DNA from: Chara braunii
Lineage: Eukaryota > Plantae > Charophyceae
Direction: 5' to 3'
DNA length: 51,041 bases
NCBI GenBank assembly: GCA_003427395.1
Contig: BFEA01000014.1
Coordinates: 4,984,520-5,035,560, forward strand
The first letter of the stretch is position 1; each line of letters starts with the position of its first letter. Below the pieces are notes generated by a model. It was not told the origin of the DNA. It saw nothing but the letters and a program-made list of their open reading frames with translations, and searched no databases. A program made the translations under genes and the position numbers. Positions 48,072 to 51,041 of this stretch are shown in pieces.

Positions 48072-49271
48072 TCCATTTGAACTGTTATAATTGAAGGGAT
48101 TGAACCCAATTAAAAAAAAAAAAAAAAAAGACTAAACGAAAAAATAGTAAAAAAAAAGAAAAGCTTCCGAGAGAAAAAAAAATACCGAAAAATTTACTTG
48201 CAGATGACCCAAAAAGAGTTTGAAGATGCATCTTGCCGCTTTCTGCGGACAATGCGTTCATACTTTTTTTGTAACTACGGTGGTGTGGGTGCATTCTGCC
48301 GCTTTCTGCAGAAGAGTTCCAAATGTGTTTGGCGCGACGCTGTGTTCTGAGCTGCGCTGTTCTTGCTTTCGTCAGTCCCAGACGCTATGGTGCTGGTAGT
48401 GCTGCGATAGTGTGTCTTCTGCAGCGCGCCAAGGCCGTTAGCGGGTCGGAATGGAGACGGGCGGACCATGTTGTTTGCGTGCGTTAGCTCTTCCGTTGTC
48501 GCATGCGCAGAGGAGGAGCTGATCTGGTTGGAGGAGGAGGTGCAAAGGAAGTCAGAATGGTTCTTGTCATTTTGCCTGCATTATCGCATATGGCCATCCG
48601 TGATTGAGGAGCTGCAAAGAAGATGTGAAGGTCATTGTTCTTCCTAAGCTTAGTGTCAGAGAAGTTTAACTGCAAAGAAAGGTAAGTATGCTATTTTCTT
48701 TTTTAACTTTTTTTTAACGACACATTCTGAACTGAAACCCGTGAAAGGGTTCAGGGCATACTTCGGGACATAAATGCGGTCAGACACAGATTGTAAGATA
48801 TGGCTAGTTTGAGTACGCACTCAGATCATTATAGTAGTGCCCCAGCGAGAGCTTGGGCGACAACAAAAAAAAATAATGATTGCCCTTTGGGACAATCGAA
48901 TAGCAACAATGGAATAGCAGACATATGAGACTTGAATCTGTTCGGTGCCCCTACCATCTCCGTACTGCACGAATCTCCCTCAACCTGAGACACTATGTTT
49001 CGCCTACCATCGACATTTCCCTGAAATAGAAGCTACATCCACGGAACGACCTTGAAATAGAAGCTACATCCACGGAAAGGCCCCACGGAACGGTCCAACA
49101 TAAAAAAGGAATGATTCTACCCTACCTGAACAGCAAACTTACTGCCTCTCCGCACTACTCACCAAATTTACAGAATGAGAACGGAACTTCCGCTAGAACA
49201 TGGAAAGATGCGCCACCTACAGTTTTGTCCTTTGTGCATTTGCTGAGAGGTTCGTTGTTCACGTCGGGTGA

Positions 49272-49771
49272 GGGCATACTGACATTGAGGGTCTCGCTGC
49301 ACTACTGTCGAAATGTGCAAAGCGAGAGTAAAATATGGAAAGCTACGCCGCCATGATTTTTGTCAAAGCGAGATTGAATCTTCCTGTAGAATATGGAAAG
49401 ATACACCGCAATGATTTTTGTCAAAGCGAGAGTTTCCTGTAGAATATGGAAAGATACAACAACGCCGCCATGATTTTTGTCAAAGCGAGAGTGAATCTTC
49501 CTGTAGAATATGGAAAGATACACCGCCANCGAGAGTGAATCTTCCTGTAGAATATGGAAAGATACACCGCCATGATTTTTGTCAAAGTGAGAGTGAATCT
49601 TCCTGTAGAATATGGAAAGATACATCGCCATGATTTTTATCTTTTGTGCATGTCGAGAGTAGTGCAGCGAGACTCTGAGACTGTTTACTATTTTGGACGG
49701 GTCACATACATTCAGGCGCGGTCGTAAACGAGGTTAAATACATTTGAGAGAGTGCTCGTGTGAGTACGCCC
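49272..49771. mobile_element. MITE family H1 (TSD TGA) hosting a nested H2 MITE
   Basis: TGA-gggcatactgaca...tgtgagtacgccc-TGA. Confidence 0.78.
49289..49675. mobile_element. Nested MITE family H2 (TSD TGA) with internal ~58-bp tandem array (49320-49640)
   Basis: TGA-gggtctcgctgcactact...agtagtgcagcgagactc-TGA; unit gccatgatttttgtcaaagcgagagtgaatcttcctgtagaatatggaaagatacacc. Confidence 0.85.
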
Positions 49772-50086
49772 TGAATCATGAGCAGAGTCCTTTTTTTTCT
49801 TCTTTTTTTTCTCAGAGTTATTGTATGTCACTCATCCGGATTCGAACCNCGGTCTGTATTTCNAGAAAATCCTTCTGTATAAATAAGAATAACAGTTCTT
49901 TCTTTTTTCCAAGCGAGCCCTGATAAACACGACCTCGCTGTCCTCGTTTTCTCTCTCTTCCAGATTCCGGCCTTGGTTGAAGAAAGAGTGTCAGCTTCGT
50001 CCTTTATCTGTGAGGTTGCCCTTCGTCTTTTCCAGCCGGCAGATAGACTGAGCGCTAGACAGTGTTACAGTAGTGGAGAGAGCGAG

Positions 50087-50155
<69 letters not shown>

Positions 50156-50209
50156 TCTTTTATGTGCTCGCCATGACACAGTCGAGTGTTTTGCGCTCTG
50201 TGCTTGTCA

Positions 50210-50910
50210 TGATGGCGGTCCCCGAAGAGTTCATCGCTTTGACAGGGATTGTTGATGTGCTAACTCTTGCACCCGCATCTTATGTCCTGCCAGTATACAC
50301 TCCTTCTCCTCCCCATTCTTCCGCGGCCTTTGAGTTGCTCGCCCGTAGTCAAGCACTCGGTGATCCGTCCATGTTCTACAATGCCTTGGTAGCTTTGCAA
50401 ATCAATGTCATTCTCATGGGCATTGTCGGNGGCGGGAAANAATGGNGCCTTCGCCATGCTCANNGAGAAATTGAAGCTCTACATTGGACACACAATACGG
50501 CAAGATAGCCGCAATGACTCAGATCCTGATCTTCCATCTTGTCGTTGGCGGGAGCTACACGGCGGCGGAGTTAAAGACCCTCAACAAACTGACGGCTGCC
50601 TCCGGAATGCCTGTTGGTTTGATGACTGTGGGTGACGGGACAATCATGGTGGCGGGCACCGCTAAGGTCATCGTGCCACATGCCATCATATCATTAATGA
50701 CATCATCCTCCGAAGTTTATAATCTCGAAAGGCATGATAGAGCGCTACAACGTGCCTCCGTCGGCTACCCTGCCGCCTCCGTCCCCTGGCTTCTTGTAAA
50801 AGACAGGCTTAGTCACTCTCCACGCGGCACCGTCCGCTGGCTTCTTGTAAAAGATAAACTTAGTCACTCGTCGCGCGGCACGATTGACGGCATAGTGCTC
50901 ACACCAACAC
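50210..50910 (+). pseudogene. Fasciclin (FAS1) domain-like coding remnant, interrupted / low-quality sequence
   Basis: H1-like LPVYTPS..AAF, [YF]H motif ILIFHLVVGGSY, L.T.SG, V.GTAKV..P, H2-like IDGIVLTP; frameshift among Ns at 50430-50465; ~50-bp internal duplication. Confidence 0.55.
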
Positions 50911-51041
50911 TCACTTCATGGCCTTGTTCTCTCTCTGCGAGCTCTTTCCCGGTAGATGTATCTGACGACAATCACGACTGGATGTGAATGAATGTCGTTG
51001 GAATCACGAGCACAAGTCAGTAGGAAAAGGTCTACCATAGT

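Noticed and set aside
48204-48681. Plus-strand exon (ttgcag...aag/gtaagt)
   Set aside because: Good splice-like signals but no ORF spans it and no recognisable product
49320-49640. CRISPR-like array (also 31840-32205)
   Set aside because: No unique spacers, eukaryotic context, no cas genes

Overview
Eukaryotic, repeat-rich draft scaffold. The one intact gene and the U6 homology point to a green plant-lineage (streptophyte-like) genome; species cannot be determined. The only clearly intact gene is an intronless rhomboid protease (RBL13-like, 2150-2977, minus). The rest is mobile or repetitive DNA: a decayed DUF7869/Sola1-like transposase (38.9-41.9 kb) with a possible SET-like accessory gene, a 5'-truncated L1 with an 11-bp TSD, a tRNA-headed SINE family, three or more MITE families (some nested), two U6 snRNA-derived copies sharing the same non-canonical substitutions, a broken fasciclin (FAS1)-like ORF, and many mini/microsatellites. 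The most notable signal is four copies of a hammerhead ribozyme. The one complete copy (20574-20634, minus) folds as type III, and another (core at 1686-1722) has a perfect catalytic core and sits in a non-coding TGTCA...TGACG LTR-like unit inserted in (TA)n. Together these suggest a retrozyme-like, possibly circRNA-producing element family. Two Nextera mate-pair junction adapters (6057, 12062), N-gaps and duplicated blocks show local misassembly, so long-range arrangement is unreliable. All family assignments come from motif recognition by eye; no searches or folding programs were run.
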